DNA of 64,000 nucleotides, taken from the NCBI RefSeq assembly GCF_036321535.1, contig NC_087447.1, positions 43,774,001-43,838,000 on the forward strand. The letters are read 5' to 3'. Shown piece after piece: positions 11,781 through 26,690 of this stretch; position 1 is the stretch's first letter, and every line of letters starts with the position of its first letter. This DNA is from Camelus dromedarius. Its lineage: Eukaryota. A program made the translations under genes and the position numbers. The notes under the pieces were generated by a model, which was not told the DNA's origin, made no database searches, and worked only from the letters and a program-made list of their open reading frames with translations.

Positions 11781-13229
11781 AGAATGACTAATATAGGCGT
11801 AGTTACTAGGAAATGCCCAACAGTGAAGGAGGGGTACAGTATATAAATACAAAAGAGTGCATGAAAGGGGAATACACTGGCATTCCAGAGTCCATCCTTG
11901 GGCACAGAACCTCTGGAACAACAAGTCAGAAAGCACTAGTCACATGATTGTGACTGCTCACAGGTTTGTCTTTTCCTGATCCAAGCCCTGAGGGCCCTCT
12001 GCTCACAGTGTCTCTCCTATAGAAAATTTTTACAGACTCCTCCTTGAGAGGCCCTGACCCCGGCTCTGTGAGTACAGAAGTGAAGACATCAGTATGTTCA
12101 TGGTCTGGGTAAGGAGTCAAACACACAGATATGTGAGGCTGAGTGTTAGTGCTGCCTTGGAAGATTGAATGAGGACTCTAGAAGCACGATGGGCCCATCG
12201 ATCTGGTGGGGTGGGCTCCCGGAAATGTTTACAGAGAATCCATGGCATTTTTGAGTCATAAAGGGTGGGTCGAAAATATATATATATTTAATAGCTATTG
12301 CATGTGGGTAAGTTATGGGAGAAGAATAAACTGGAGACCAGCTTGGACCACTTTGGGAAGGGCCTTCCTCATATAAAAGGCTGAGAGATTTGAATGGATT
12401 TTTTGTTGTTGATAATTGATGGCAAACAACAAAAACAGTCTACACCAAGGAACGACAGGATCCACTTGTGCTGTGGGAAGGCCTACATGACAGCAGACAG
12501 CAGCAGGAGGCAGACCAGGGGCAAGGGGAGCAGTAAGACAGCTAGTGCAGGATGCGGACACGTTCCACTCCCTCCTCCATCCCTGCGGTAAGCACAGGGC
12601 CCACCCGAGAGTGGGGGGCAAAAAGCACTTGTTGAATCATCAGATAAGGGCTCCAGAGGCAACAGGCCTGGAAGCAGCGAAGTTGAAAGAGAAGTTTTCA
12701 GTCACTGTGGAGCTGGGAGAGGGAGTATTTTAGGTCTCCAGGGTCTGAGGGAGGAAGAAGGCTGAAAAGGCAGAAAGTCCAGCCTCAGGACCTCTGCTGA
12801 GCTGTAGCTAGAGTGGAAAGGGGCAACCCCATGGCCCGAGGGGCCCAGGCATCACATCCAATCCAGTACCACTTTCTAGGCTTGGGGTCCTCCCTGACCC
12901 CTGGCACGAAAGTTCAGGCACATTCTAGTTCACGCTACATTAACACCCAGTCCTCCCCATCAGCATTTTAGGGAGCTGTTCTTTTTCTGCTGGCTCATCC
13001 TTGACCTTTTCCCCAGCCCCTGGCCCGATGCTTACCCCGAGTGGCTCCTTCTCAGAGGGAGGAAGGTCATTTCAAGACAGGGCCAAAAAGGATCTCTCAC
13101 TTGATCAGCATGACCACGTGCTTCCTATTATAGATCAGGCACCCTCTCTGTCTTCTGACTCAGAGATAAGATGTTCCCTTTTCTACCAATATCTAATAAC
13201 CCCTCTGTCTGTGCTAACAATTCCTCCTC

Positions 13230-14040
13230 CCATTCATTCATTTGCTCTCTTAGTTAGTCACCAACAAGTATTTACTGAACATAGACACTATTCTAGGCAC
13301 TGGGATATAGCACTGAGCATGAAACGTGGAATCCAGACTCTCACAGAGCTGACATTCTAGATGGGGAGGCGGAAATAAGCAGTGAGCAAATAAATGAACT
13401 AGATTTCGGAGAAGTAAGTGCTCAGAAAAAAACCCAGTAAAGTAGTCAGTGCTCCAAATCTCCTCTTGAGTTTACTCTCTCAGCATATTTCAGACCAACC
13501 ACCAATGGCCTAAACCGAAAACCCAGGAGGCATCCTAGACTCAGTCCTTCTCACTCATTTTTCACATTCAATTATCAGTCCCCACGCCGTGTGTATTCCA
13601 ACTCTCAGTGACTCTCAAGTCATCATCTGTCCTCTGTCTCACTGACACTTAATGCAGACACAATCAGTTGTTGCCCAATTTATTGCAGTATTTCCCTGAT
13701 TAGTGTCCTCTCTCTGGTCTTGCCATCTTCCTGCTTGTCACACCCCTGCTTAAAATTGTTCAGTGGTTCTCTATAGTTCCTCCAGTCAAGTTCAACCCCC
13801 TTAGCTTAGCAAGCAAGTCTTTCATAAACTGGGTGCTACTGAACCCTTCAGCCTTGCCTCCCTACACTCACCTGCCCCACACAGCTGCCATTCAGCCCTC
13901 TGTGCAGGTCTGCACATGGAAGTGCTACCTGCCTTTGATCAGTTGCATGCTCACTGGACATGCCCTCTGCTCATTCTTCTCTAACTTTTTTGTTCAAAAC
14001 TCAGGTCAAACATCATCTCATTTTGGAAGACACTTCTCAT
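13230..14040. mobile_element. L2 fragments
   Basis: cattcattcat...caacaagtatttactgaac...ctaggcactgggatatagca and aaacccaggaggcatcctagactc motifs. Confidence 0.55.
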
Positions 14041-14799
14041 GATGACCCATGGAGTTTTTTACAAGGATTACATTCAGAAGGTACATGAAACCCTTAGCCC
14101 AGGGATGGCATCCGGCTTACATCTTGTTTACCTGATGGAATTGCTCATATTTGGGGCAGATGTAATTGGCAAACACATAATATTTTCCTATTTGCAATGA
14201 ATCTGTCTCAGAATACGGCCTCTGAGGTGGGGGACTTGTCTCCCTCACGGTTTTAATTAAGTGGACTCATGCACAGGAAATTTTCCTTCTCATTTATGTC
14301 TTTGTTGCTTGATCCTTGTTATTATAATTTGAGCTCGTAACCACGATTCTTAATGGTCTGGAAGCAATTCTGATGGGTCACAAGATTGGAGCCAAATCAC
14401 CTTCAATATATCATCATCCCAACAGCACACACAATAATCATTCACTGTAGTCCCTGCCTGAGGGTCCGCTGTTGCCATTTCCAATTTCATATTGTTTCTT
14501 GCACATCTGCAGCCTCTCCCTACTCCTAGGGCACTGGGAGAATTCACCAACCTGCCACTCTCTTTGGAAGGATCTGGGACCACACACCTCTTCCAAACCA
14601 AAGTCTGTCTGGAGATGCCCTTCCTGGGTTGACCTCTGACACTGTAGCCCTGACCTTCTATGGGGCCTTAGGAACCCTCTGGAAAAGGGAAAGCTGCTTT
14701 CTGAAAATGGATTTTCCTTTGGACACGTGCTCTCTGATGAGGTTTCTCTCCCAGCACACGCCCACAGGAGCCCATGTCTGGCTCTCACTCTCAGACTCA

Positions 14800-15760
<961 letters not shown>

Positions 15761-16029
15761 TCAGAAAATAAATTCTCAAATTACTGCTGGTTATTTAAAC
15801 TGTCCAAGTCATATCAATAGCTATCATTCATAGAAAAAGATTTTTCAATACAAATAATCAAAAGAGGGGGAAATAAAAATCACCCATAATTCCTTAATTC
15901 AAAGTACTATTGACACTTTAGTGTATCAATCTTTAAAAGTCTTTCCATTCATTTAGTTGTGCATATATAAATATATATTTTAAAATGTGACTTCACTGTA
16001 TGTACATTTTGTAACTTTTTAAATATTCC

Positions 16030-16160
16030 TTTTTAAAAAAATGGGGGGCGGTAATTAGGTTTATAGACTTATTTATTTTTAATGGAGGAACTAGGGATTG
16101 AACCCAGGACTTTGTGCTTGCTAATAAGCATGCGCTCTACCACTGAGCTATACCCTCCCC
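16030..16160 (-). mobile_element. Vic-1-like SINE
   Basis: gggattgaacccaggac...gcatgcgctctaccactgagctataccctcccc plus ggtaattaggttt tail. Confidence 0.92.
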
Positions 16161-17659
16161 ACCTTGTAACATATTTTTAACTTGCTGATATATTGTGAAC
16201 ATATTTCAAACCAATTCATATACATCTATACCATAATTTTAATGACACATTTCTATTGAATTGATATCCTATTATTTATTCTATTTGATTCTTTTTAATG
16301 GACATTTATGTAGTTTTCAATTCTTTGCCTTTCAAACAGTGCTGGAAAAAAAAATCTTCGTTTTTACCTATCTGTGTACTTATCTGGTTCTTTTCTGAGG
16401 ATGCATTTCCAGATGTAAGCTCCATCCCCAGCCCCTGGCATGGGGCCTGGCACAGAGTAGTATTCAATACGTACTCACTGAATGAAAGAATAAAGGAAAG
16501 AAGGACGGAAATGGGATTTTTGGGTCAAAGAGTATGTGTCCTTAAAGAGTATTTACAGTTTATTATAAAAATATATACTCCAAACAGCAGGGTGTAAGGC
16601 TGTTCATTGAAGAATGAAAGAGAGAGAAAGAGGTTGAGACAGAGAGAAAGGTGGGGGACGAGGCGCTGGGAGGGGAGTGTGTGTGAGAGGGAGGGAGAGA
16701 AGGAGGAGAGAGAAATACAAATAAAGAAACAGAGAGAATGAGAGGGACAGAGAGTTCTCTAAACCTACCCTCCTTTTTCTTACCCTTCTGACACAAATCC
16801 CCCAGTGCAGAGATGGCATCACCTTGTTGCTAAGTGCCTGCATTGGCCAGAAGTGGTGCCACTTGGGACTTGTCTTCCCACCCCGGCCACCATGATCAGA
16901 GTGGGAAGACCTATATAAATCATACCCCTATCTTGTTAAATCCACACTTATAGCTATGAGGGTATCAGTCTACACCTGATACCCTTGTCCGAAGACAGAC
17001 TCCAGTATCTGGGAAACTTGCAGAGACGTGGCTGGCGCGAATCCTCAAGGCATAGCCACGGCCAATGAAGAGGGACCTAGCCTCCAGGCATCCGGCTGTA
17101 TTCGGAATCGCCTTCAGCCTGCTCTGAGGAATTTTTTTACCCTGACTGTAACCAAATAGCTTGGACTTGAAGATGTGTCAGGAAAATACAGAAAATAAGT
17201 ATTGGAGATCAGCATGTCTCTGAAAGAAGAAAAATAATTGACCAAAATTTAACTTGTACCAAAGCCAGGCGTGAAGTAGGAAATAGAAAATGTCAAGGCC
17301 AGGGTGTGTCAGAGGCGAGGGCGGAGGGGTACATTTGCCACTGGGAGCCTGTCCCTGCTGCAAAAATGTTGGGTTTTGCAAATTTTAAGGAAGTGGCAGC
17401 TGCAACACGTGGAGAAAAAGGTCCCAACAGTTTCCCTCTGTTTAACATTGTTGACATCTGTTCATTTCTAAAATGAAGTCCAGTTCAGCAAAAGAAGCTC
17501 AGAGCCTCCCAGGACACCGATAGCATGACTTTTTACAGTGACCTAATGGCTTATCATAAAAAGAGAAAAAGAAAACTAAAATCTGCTGTCATCCCGATAC
17601 AGTAAGACATGAAGAAAAAGTGACCAAAATGTTTAATTTTCCTATTTTAATAACTGAAC

Positions 17660-17800
17660 AATTGAATAATAACATTTTAGACATTTACCACCATGACAGG
17701 CAATGTTCTAAGTATGGATTAATTTATTAAATCTTCAGAATAGTCATAGAGAGGTAAATTCTGTTATCGTCTCCATTTTACAGATGAGAAACAATGCCAA
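17660..17800 (-). mobile_element. MIR fragment
   Basis: ctgttatcgtctccattttacagatgagaaa core. Confidence 0.7.
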
Positions 17801-17931
17801 ATTAGAGGACAGAGGAAAGCTCTGCTCAGGGTCTGAGGGTGGTGCCAACTGGAGGTGGGGCTCTAAACCACTAGACTGTGAAAAACAGGAAGTGTACCTT
17901 TAGCAATGTATTCATCACTCACTGTCTGTTA

Positions 17932-18204
<273 letters not shown>

Positions 18205-18419
18205 TCAAGGCTCCAGGTGGTGGTCTCCTGCTTTCCAGCCCCTGCTGAGAAAATCCTCCAAGAATGGTCGGAGAGCAAAGTCTGTGAGTTACTCCCTCAG
18301 ATGCATGATCTCACTTTGCAAGCTGGTGATCAAGTCCAGCTGTTGGCAAGCAGGCTGGCTTGGGGTAGAGAGCTCCCTGGGTCCAGCAACTGTTGCCGTC
18401 ACCTTTGACACACCCTGCC

Positions 18420-18600
18420 CCTCCCTAGGCTAGTGGCTGCACCCTTCCCCAGGCCTGGGTGCCTGTGCGTGGGGGCAGGGTGGGGGCGGGGAGGGCTTCT
18501 CCCCTGTCCCCAGCTCTTCCCTTTGTACTTGTGCTTTCCTCCTCCCTGGAGAGCTCTGCAGTCCAATCACAGGCCTGAGCTCACACACACCACCCCCAAC
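18420..18600 (-). promoter_or_regulatory. OLFML1: Probable OLFML1 promoter/5'UTR start (GC box, G-tracts, CCAAT)
   Basis: gggggcagggtgggggcgggaggg at 18471-18494 and CCAAT at 18563-18567, 300-420 bp upstream of the ATG. The TSS itself cannot be determined from sequence. Confidence 0.5.
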
Positions 18601-19445
18601 TTCTCAGAGTTGGAATCTCAGTTCAGTTTCTGGCAAAAATTCCGGAGATCCTTTTCCCAGAAGTCCTGTTGGAAGACCCCACCCCTCCTCCAGACTCTCT
18701 GTGCATTCCTGCAGCTCTTAAAGGCGCAGCAAGGAAAAAGAGAGCTCTGGTCTCTGAGCAGCCAGTGCACAGGGCTGAGGGTCCCTTGGGGAGAGAAGTC
18801 CAATGGGCCACAGGCCTGGCCACCCAGGGAGACAGTTGAAAAATCTGAGTTTCAAGCTCAGAAGAGTTTTATTCAGCGGCACATTTATTGACACAGTGAC
18901 GCTTCCAGAGCCAAGCCATCAGGAAATGGAACTTGGTGAGAAAGACCCTGAGTTTTCTGTCTCTTGCAGCAGAATTCCCTTCACCTGTAGCTGCAGGCCA
19001 GCAACGCCTAGGACTCAACTCCTGCGGGCCATGTCCAGTTGAAGATAAATCATGTCCCTAGGACAAAGTGGTAAAATCTTCCAATTTTTTGCCTTTGCTG
19101 TCCAGACCTTTATTTATCTCAACCTCTCCTTCCATGGATGGGTCCAGAATATTCATGGTTCTTTCTCAACCACCAACCAAAGTGGAGAAGGTTGGGGGCA
19201 TCTATGAGAAGTGGGAAGAACTCTGACCAGGAGTCAGAAGACCTGCAAGAGGCACTAAAAGAATTTTCCATTGTGGCCCTTGCATGTCCTTGTCCCCATC
19301 AGCTGTTCTCTACCTCTCTTTCAAGTGACTTTAGCCTCTAACTGCTCCTCCCCACCCTCTTGATCAAATCACAGACATGGGCTCCTCATCCTTAACAACA
19401 ATTCCTCCTATTTCCAAAAACTATCTTTGATGACAGTCAGCCCTC

Positions 19446-19822
19446 TGTACCTGCAGATATGGAGAGCTAAGTGGACTAAGCCATTTTGTATAAGAGATGT
19501 GAGCATCTGCGGGGCGTGGGGAGGGGGTGGGGGTGTTCCCCGAACGACCTCCCTCTGGATATCCAGGGGCAACTGTATTTCCCCAAACTAGGTGAACTTC
19601 TGGTGACCCCTCCTCTTAAATCCTCATAAAAAATACTGCCCCACTCAGCCCCCTTCTTCAAGTGAGAGGGCTCTTTTGGAGACTTCTCATGCCTAGCATT
19701 TTGGAATAAAGTCTTACGCTAAAGGTGCTCGGTTTGATATTCTCAGTGAACGTCTCAAGTCCTACCTTGGATTCGGTGAACTAAGATGGGTAAGATCCAG
19801 GGGAAGGGAAACTCCAACTACA
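19446..19822 (+). mobile_element. LTR-like element ~1.3 kb upstream of the OLFML1 ATG
   Basis: TG...CA-bounded, gccatttt motif, cataaaaa TATA-like box and AATAAA at ~19705. No TSD recognised. Confidence 0.5.
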
Positions 19823-20481
19823 TCACAGTTAACTTTTCAGAGATGGTGTTTTGGATAACCTTTTCCTTACATTATTTTTGCAGTGAAATGTGCATTCCAT
19901 ACTAATGGTGTCCAGAGAATTACTGGAGACTCAGCGGGAACACAGTGCGCGGCCTGGTTGTAACGTGTTCTTGGGCTACCTCCAGGGCTGCTGTTGTCCC
20001 AGTGTCTCTGGTTGGGGCTCCAAAGAGCTTGGCCTCAGAGCCCTTCAGTTCAGTCCCGGCAGACGCTTCTCTCTGCCCGCCGTTGGTTCAGCCCCCACAC
20101 CGCTCTCTGCAGTCACCTGCTTCATGGGGACAAACCCGGCCTCTCCGCTCTAACTGCCCACACCTGGCCTTGGTTGGCGAGCATTACTCTTGTGATTCCA
20201 GAAGCAGCAAAACCTGCAGCTGGCTCCCCTAACCCGTTAGGATTGACAAGCCACAGGGCAGAACCAGAGTGGAAACCCTCATGTTCTTGTGACCAGAAGT
20301 TTCATTAAGGAAAATTAAACTCCCTTTGGAGATCATCACCACTTTGACTAACATACGGTGGCCAACTGCAGCCATCTTTATTCAGAGCAGGTCTTCCTCA
20401 GTAAAAGAGATGGCTTGGTGCCCCTGAGCTTGCTGTTGGGATAAAATAATTTGCTTGGCTCTTTTGACTTCCTTACATTTA

Positions 20482-20502
20482 TTTATTTATTTATTTATTT
20501 AT

Positions 20503-20541
<39 letters not shown>

Positions 20542-20623
20542 TTTGTAGAGTGGGAAGTAATTAGGGTTATTATCATTTTTTTAATGGTAAGCATGCGCCC
20601 TGCCGCTGAGCTATACCCTCCCC
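20482..20623 (-). mobile_element. Vic-1-like SINE (internally deleted) with (TTTA)n(TTAG)n tail
   Basis: gctgagctataccctcccc head; perfect 14-bp TSD cttccttacattta at 20468-20481 and 20629-20642. Confidence 0.9.
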
Positions 20624-21437
20624 ACTGCCTTCCTTACATTTAACCTCTGGCCTTGACCACTCCTGTAAGCCCATTAGGGAGGACAGTGAGCAAGCAAGGT
20701 GACCCCCGCTTTTCTCCTCTGCGAGGGCTTGATTCTCCCACTTTTCCTGCTGCGGTATCCTGAGAGAGGAAACTTAAATCTTTGGACAGCCACCACTGTG
20801 TCCTCAGTGTGGCTGGCTCTAAGTCACTAGTCCTTGCTCTGTTAGCCCAGTCCTGAGTTGATGTTTGTCCCTAAATGACCAGTCAAAACTGGACATACCA
20901 GTGCCCAACCTAATCAGCCCACCGAGGCTGAGCTCATCCAGCTTTCCAGGTCCTCTTGGAGTGCTCTGCCGTCTTCATCACTGCTCTGCCTCCATATTGA
21001 CTGACGCCCTGAATTCTAGAGCCCCGTGTGCTCCCTGCACTCTCCACTTTTCTTAGAGATGCTGGCCAGCTCTGGGAGAGTCTGAGGAGGAGACTCTGCC
21101 TTCCTGAGGAGGCCCAGGCCAACTCAACAGGATTCCATCCGGGACACTAGAATTCATCCCTGGGATCTGAACCAAGATGTCTCCTCTTTTTTTCCCCCTC
21201 CTTTCCTCCAGATTTTTCCCTTTGTGTTATATTCACCACACCTGCCCCCAACGCCCGCCCCCAATAGCTCTTGCCTTAAAGTCATCCTCCAATCTTTCAG
21301 CCTTTTACAAGTAATTGCATTGTTTCCTGCCTGAGTGATTAAAGCAGGCTCTAATTCCCTGTGTCTCTCTAGATAAAACACTGGCGGCTTTTATGCCAAA
21401 AGGAAAGCACTTTAAAATGTGACCTCAGCCAACCCCT

Positions 21438-22098
21438 TGTCGAGGAGGAAGAAATTTTTCTCTACCCTTCTAGATTCTTCTGGATAGTCTGAGAATTAAA
21501 TTGACATGAGACAGATTAACGGGAGAAAATCAAAGTTTAAAAGCACATACATGTGGAGGGTGGGGAACAGCTCAGTGGCAGAGCGTGTGCTTAGCATGGA
21601 AGAAGTCCTGGGTTCAGGCCCCAGTACATTCATTAAAAAAAGAAAAAAAGCATACATGAAAGAGACCCAGGAAAACAGAGTAACTCACCAAAGGCTGAAG
21701 CCCTCACCTTAATACCATCTTCAGCTAAAGACAGAAGAGGATGTTGGGGATAGTGGTTTGGGACTTCGAAGGGGAAGAAGGCAATTTACATGTAGATAGA
21801 AAAGCAAGTGTCTGGTAAACAAATGTTTGCTGGGCCTGGCAGAGACACTGCGACCCAGAGAGGAATTTTAACAGACTGTGCTAGGTTCCTCCCTGTTTAC
21901 ACGCTTAGTTCATGCTGTAGTTGTCTATGGCAATAGCTCCCTTCCTGGAGGAGGTCCCCATCTACATTCTTTCAGGCAGTTAGAAGAAGGTCAGATTTTC
22001 TTCCAGAGTCTTTTTGAGTCTTATAACAATCAGCCTAAATTAATCCTCATGCCAAAGGGACAGAATCGGGGGGGGGGGGGTGGGTTCTGCTCCCCTAT
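21438..22098 (-). mobile_element. ERV1-type LTR (MER34-like) interrupted by a SINE
   Basis: aattaaattgacatgagacagattaacgggagaaaa...accatcttcagctaaagaca...aaacaaatgtttgctgggcc...aataatc-like 3' motifs. Confidence 0.7.
21557..21650 (+). mobile_element. Vic-1-like SINE nested in the LTR
   Basis: agctcagtggcagagcgtgtgcttagcatggaagaagtcctgggttcaggccccagtac plus A tail; TSD-like aaaagca(ca)tacatg. Confidence 0.88.
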
Positions 22099-22387
22099 AC
22101 CCTCTTGCTTTAGCTCTTATCACACCCCCACATTCAAGCACCACAAGAGCCACATCAAATTTTCCCCCACGCTCCCAATGAAATTTAAGACTTCAAGTCT
22201 TCCTAGCACCTCCTTACCCCTCTCCCAGGCAGAATAACCCCCTCATTTATCTGTTTCCAGGGCATGTTGAAGTCTCAGTCTTAGAAGTTGGAGGGGACAG
22301 CTCATCTAGATGTTGGTGCTCCGGTGGAGAATTATGGGCAGGGGCAGAGGTGTGGAAGGAAGACGAGAAGAAATGTAGACCTGCTAT

Positions 22388-22985
22388 TGAGACAGAAGGG
22401 AAGGGGGCAGGACACAGCTGTTAAAGGAATGACACAGCAGTTAGCACTAAGAGGGTGGAAAAACCAACTCCCAATAGACCTAGAGACCCAGGATGGCGGG
22501 AGGTCCAACCTCCAGTGGACCTGGAGCTTCATTGTACACGTTGTAATGTCCTAGCCTGGTGAATAACATACCCACAGGCGCCATGATGGTTCTCAAGCTA
22601 ACCATGAAAGGTCAAAGAGGGGATTCCCAGGAATTGGTGGCCCAGTTCCTGGGAATTCCTTCCCCTTCCTCAAAGTAGTAGGAATAATCCTCTCATTTGT
22701 TAGCACATAAAAACTAGCAATACCACGCCTGGCCAGCGCACCCTTTCTCTCTTGCCTTCTGAGGTGGCCCACACTCTGTCTATGGAGTGTGTTTCTACCT
22801 TTAATAACCCCCCGCCCCTCACAGCCATACATCTCTCTAAATAAATCTACTTTTACTCAACTATGACTTGCTCTTGAATTCTTCCCTGTGGTCAGCCAAA
22901 GACCCTCATTTGGTGGTGTGTCCCCCAGGGATTTGCCTGAGTCCTGGGACGTGACCATCCTCTCATGCCCCATTTTTCCTGTACA
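22388..22985 (+). mobile_element. ERV1-type solo LTR (MER41-like)
   Basis: tgagacagaagggaagggggcagg...cataaaaact...cactctgtctatggagtgtgttt...aataaa...cttgctcttgaattcttccctg...ca. Confidence 0.75.
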
Positions 22986-23500
22986 GGAGGCAAGGGGACA
23001 ATGCCTTGGCACTCCTGCATTGAGCACTCATTGGTGGGAGCTGTTTCTAGGGAAGGAGTGTATATAACCTTGAGTGGGCAGCTTCCTTTGGCTGAGAACA
23101 ATGCCTAGAGAGGGACTCATCTGTGAGCTGTTCGTGGCAACACTTGCACAACTAGGGGAATGAGTGTCCTGATCCTAAAGGGTAGATCTGGGCAACCCTC
23201 TGCAGCATCCTTTTCAGTAGGATAAACACAGGTCAGACCTTCCCAAGTTTGTAGAACATGCCAAACACTTCGGGTGTTATAGTAAGAAGAGTGAGAGGAC
23301 AATTAAGATTTCAAGGAAGGGAGTTACGTAAGTAGATTTGTGTTTCAGAGACCTCTCTGGAAGCCAGGTGAAGGATGGGCTGAAGGGCAACAAGACTGAA
23401 TTCAAGGTGGGAGATTAGGCGGCTGTTACGGTGATCTGTGGGGGAGATCATAAAGGCCAGAACTGACATGGTGTCAGTGGAGAGAGAGATAAATGGATGT

Positions 23501-24290
23501 TGTGATATTGTGATTTACAAGAAATAGATATTTGGTTTTCAACTGCTGTTTCTAGCCCAGAGCTCCTAAAACCCTTGAAGTTTTCTTTGATGAGAGCCAT
23601 AAAATTGTCTTTTGTTATGTTAATAAGATGGCTTTCAGAAAGCACCTAAGGATGGAGTCTGTTTGCCTTTGGAGCCAACTCTGTGATGATAGGGTTGAAA
23701 CTTTTCTTTCCACCAGGTGACTTTGGGGGAGGAAAGAGGGGCTGGAGGTTGTGTTTAATCACCAACAGCCAATGATGTAATCAATCGTGCCTCTGTAATG
23801 AAGCCTCCAGAAAAACCCCAAAGGAGAGAATTCAGAGGTTCCGGCTGGGTGAACACATGGAGATTCAGGAGAGGGTGCACTCCGAGAGCCTGGAAGCCCC
23901 ATGCCCTTTCCCCACACCTTGCCCTATGCATCTTTTCCATCTGACTGCTCCTGAGTTATAGCCTTTTATAATACACCAGTACTCTAGTAAGTAAAATGTT
24001 TCTCTGAGTGCTGTGAGCTGCTCCAGCAAATTAATCAAACTCAAGGTGGGGGGTGGGGAACTGTGGAACCTCTGATTTATAGCCAGATGGTCAGAAGCAC
24101 AGTTGACAACCTAGACTTGTGATTAGTGTCTGAAGTGCAGGGCAGTCTTGTGGGACTGAGCCCTTACCCTGCGGAATCTGACCATCTCCAGGTAGACAGT
24201 GTCAGAATTGAGTGAAATTGTAGGATACCCGGCTGGTATCAGAGAATTGGTGGTGTGTGTGGGAGGGTGAAATACATACATTGTAATTGA
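23501..24290 (+). mobile_element. MER21-like LTR
   Basis: tgtgatattgtgatttacaagaaa...gtaatgaagcctcc...ccttgccctatgcatc...gtaagtaaaatgtttctctgagt...gtgtcagaattgag. Confidence 0.85.
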
Positions 24291-26442
24291 TGATCAGGAC
24301 TGCAGATGTCTTTGAGAAATATTTAGAATGCAGAATTGACAACTTGGTTACTGACTACGTAAGGGGTAGAGAGAGGAAGGAGTCAAGGTTGATGGGGGAT
24401 TCTGCACTGTTGATGACAGTCTCTGTTCTGACCCCTGCTAGTCTATCATCCAGACTGCATGCAGCCAGGGTGATGCAGCCAGTTAGCAAGCCTCATTATG
24501 TAATTCTCGTGTTTTGGAGCCTTGACTGCCTGCCGATTCCTCCCCAATAAATTCCTCAGGCTCAGGGAAGGCTTTGCAAGTGAGTTACATCTAAGTGAAG
24601 ATCTACAGCAGGAGTAACAGGTAGACCAGGAGTAAGGATTGAGGAGGTACCTTCCTGATGGAAAAGTATCATGGACAGGCCACCTCTCAGAATTGCACAT
24701 GACTCTTGGGGACCCAGTTTCTGCTACTCCACTTATCTTTGGTATTTGTCACCCACTCGGCTCTTAGAGCCTTGTTTAGACATACGCCCTTGCCTAGACT
24801 AACTCCTGATAGAAAAGCACCTTTCCTCTTATCATATCTGCCTCCAGAAGTGGTCCCCTGTCTAAATCCTGCTCACTTCCACCTTACTTCCAGGACAGAC
24901 CACCTGACGGCCTCTCTGAAAGACACTTAGAAATTCACGAGGATGATGTCCAGATCTCAGCTCCATTATGGAAGCCCACTTAATGAGGTTTTTTAGCATT
25001 GACCTCAAATCTTACATTATTTTGAAGGGTTCAGTGCCTTCCATCCTTTAGAAAGCTAGGCAGATGTGAGATAATTTCACTGTGGTTCAACATAACCCAC
25101 ACACCTATGAAGACCAAGTTCTCAGACACGTCAGTTTTCCAAGCCATGTAGTGCTGAGGGCATGACCCCCTCATTTCTCTATCCTTGCTGAGCAATGAGA
25201 CACATTCTTTATAAATCAATTTTCAGAAAGCATAGATTTTTCTTTTCCCTTGGAAAATGTCAACACAGTTTTTAACCTTACATAGTTTCATGGAAATCTT
25301 CCCAACTAGCTTTCAAATCTACTTATTCTTTAAAAGCCATTTATTTTCTTAATGACATCAGATGACATTAGGAAGATGCACTATTGCATTGCATACAGGG
25401 ATCTCTCAGAGATTATTAAGGTATGTTGAAGGGTTTGCCTTGGTACTTACTGGGTAAGGACAACGAGGAATTTTTAGTTCCTGAATCTACTTTTTATATT
25501 TTCTCTCTTTCCTTTCCCCTCTCAGTCTCCCTCAATCTTTTTTTTAAAAATGGGTTCATTCTCACACTGGTCCTCTTAAAGCATGTGAAATAGTTGGGAT
25601 TATTTAAACTCAGGCTCCAGAAATCATTTGAGGTTGCCTCCTAATCGTACTGCTCATCAGCACTGTGTCTCCCCGTCTCCGGGGATAGTAACCTGTTTTG
25701 GTTCTGCCCTGTAGTAGCATCTAGAGCTGGACTGGGGCTCATTATTCTCATCTCAGCCTTCAGAACCCTTGCAGACCTTGGCCACTGAAACTATCCTCCA
25801 TGCTCATGGGCCTCAGCAGTGGGTAAAAGGCACCCTACTCCAGTGACCCCAATAGAGGGCTCCTTTGGGACCTGCTTAGTCAGGCTAATCTTGGAAATTT
25901 CACTCTGTTCTGTCCATCTCTGAGTGCTGCCCAATATCACCTGCACCCCCACCAGTCTCTGCCACAAAGTTGCCCCGAGGACACTGCCAGTTTTGACAGG
26001 TAGAGAAGGTCAAGAAGGACTTTTCCAGGTCTGATGCTTATCTTGTTTCCTCTTCAGCTGTAAAGAATTCCCTGAATAGTGAGCATAAGATCCCAGAGGC
26101 TCTTCCACATTGCAAGGAGGAAACCATCTTCTTTTCCACCTCTGCTCCACTCCAGAGAGACAGCAAAGATAAATCTGAACCCTCCAGCCTCCATGGTGGC
26201 TGTCCAAGGAGGACGTTGCCAAGATGGGTCAAACCTTGACATTTCCAACCATGTGGGGTTGGGGAGGGCACTGAATGAAGAAAGAGGGGCCTGAAATACC
26301 AAATTCACTGTTAAAAAAATTCAGGGTTAGTACCTAGTACATAGAAAGACCAGAGCTAGAATCCTTAGGAGACTGGCTTTAGTGGGGAAAAAAAAACCGT
26401 TTATAATAAATATGACAAGTGATGGCTACGTATCTTTTTAAT

Positions 26443-26582
26443 TGTTTTGTTTTTGTTTTGGTGGGGGGAGGTAACTAAGTTTATTTCTTAACTTATTTTT
26501 TTTTAAATGGAGGTACTGGGGATTGAACCTAGGACCTCACGCATGCTAAGCAAGTGCTCTACCACTGAGCTCTACCCTCCCC
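26443..26582 (-). mobile_element. Vic-1-like SINE
   Basis: ggaggtactggggattgaacctaggacctcacgcatgctaagcaagtgctctaccactgagctctaccctcccc. Confidence 0.92.
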
Positions 26583-26656
26583 GGTCACACATCTTTATTG
26601 AAGCCAATGTGCTGTGAAAATAAGCGGAGGAGTGCTAGAGGAGCTTAATTCACTAG

Positions 26657-26690
26657 CGTGCGCGCACACACACACACACACACACACGCA
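26657..26690. repeat. (CG)/(CA)n microsatellite
   Basis: gcgtgcgcgcacacacacacacacacacacacgca. Confidence 0.95.

Noticed and set aside
16860..17180. Possible old LTR in OLFML1 intron 1 (TATA-like box, CCAAT)
   Set aside because: No termini, TSD or family match that I can support.
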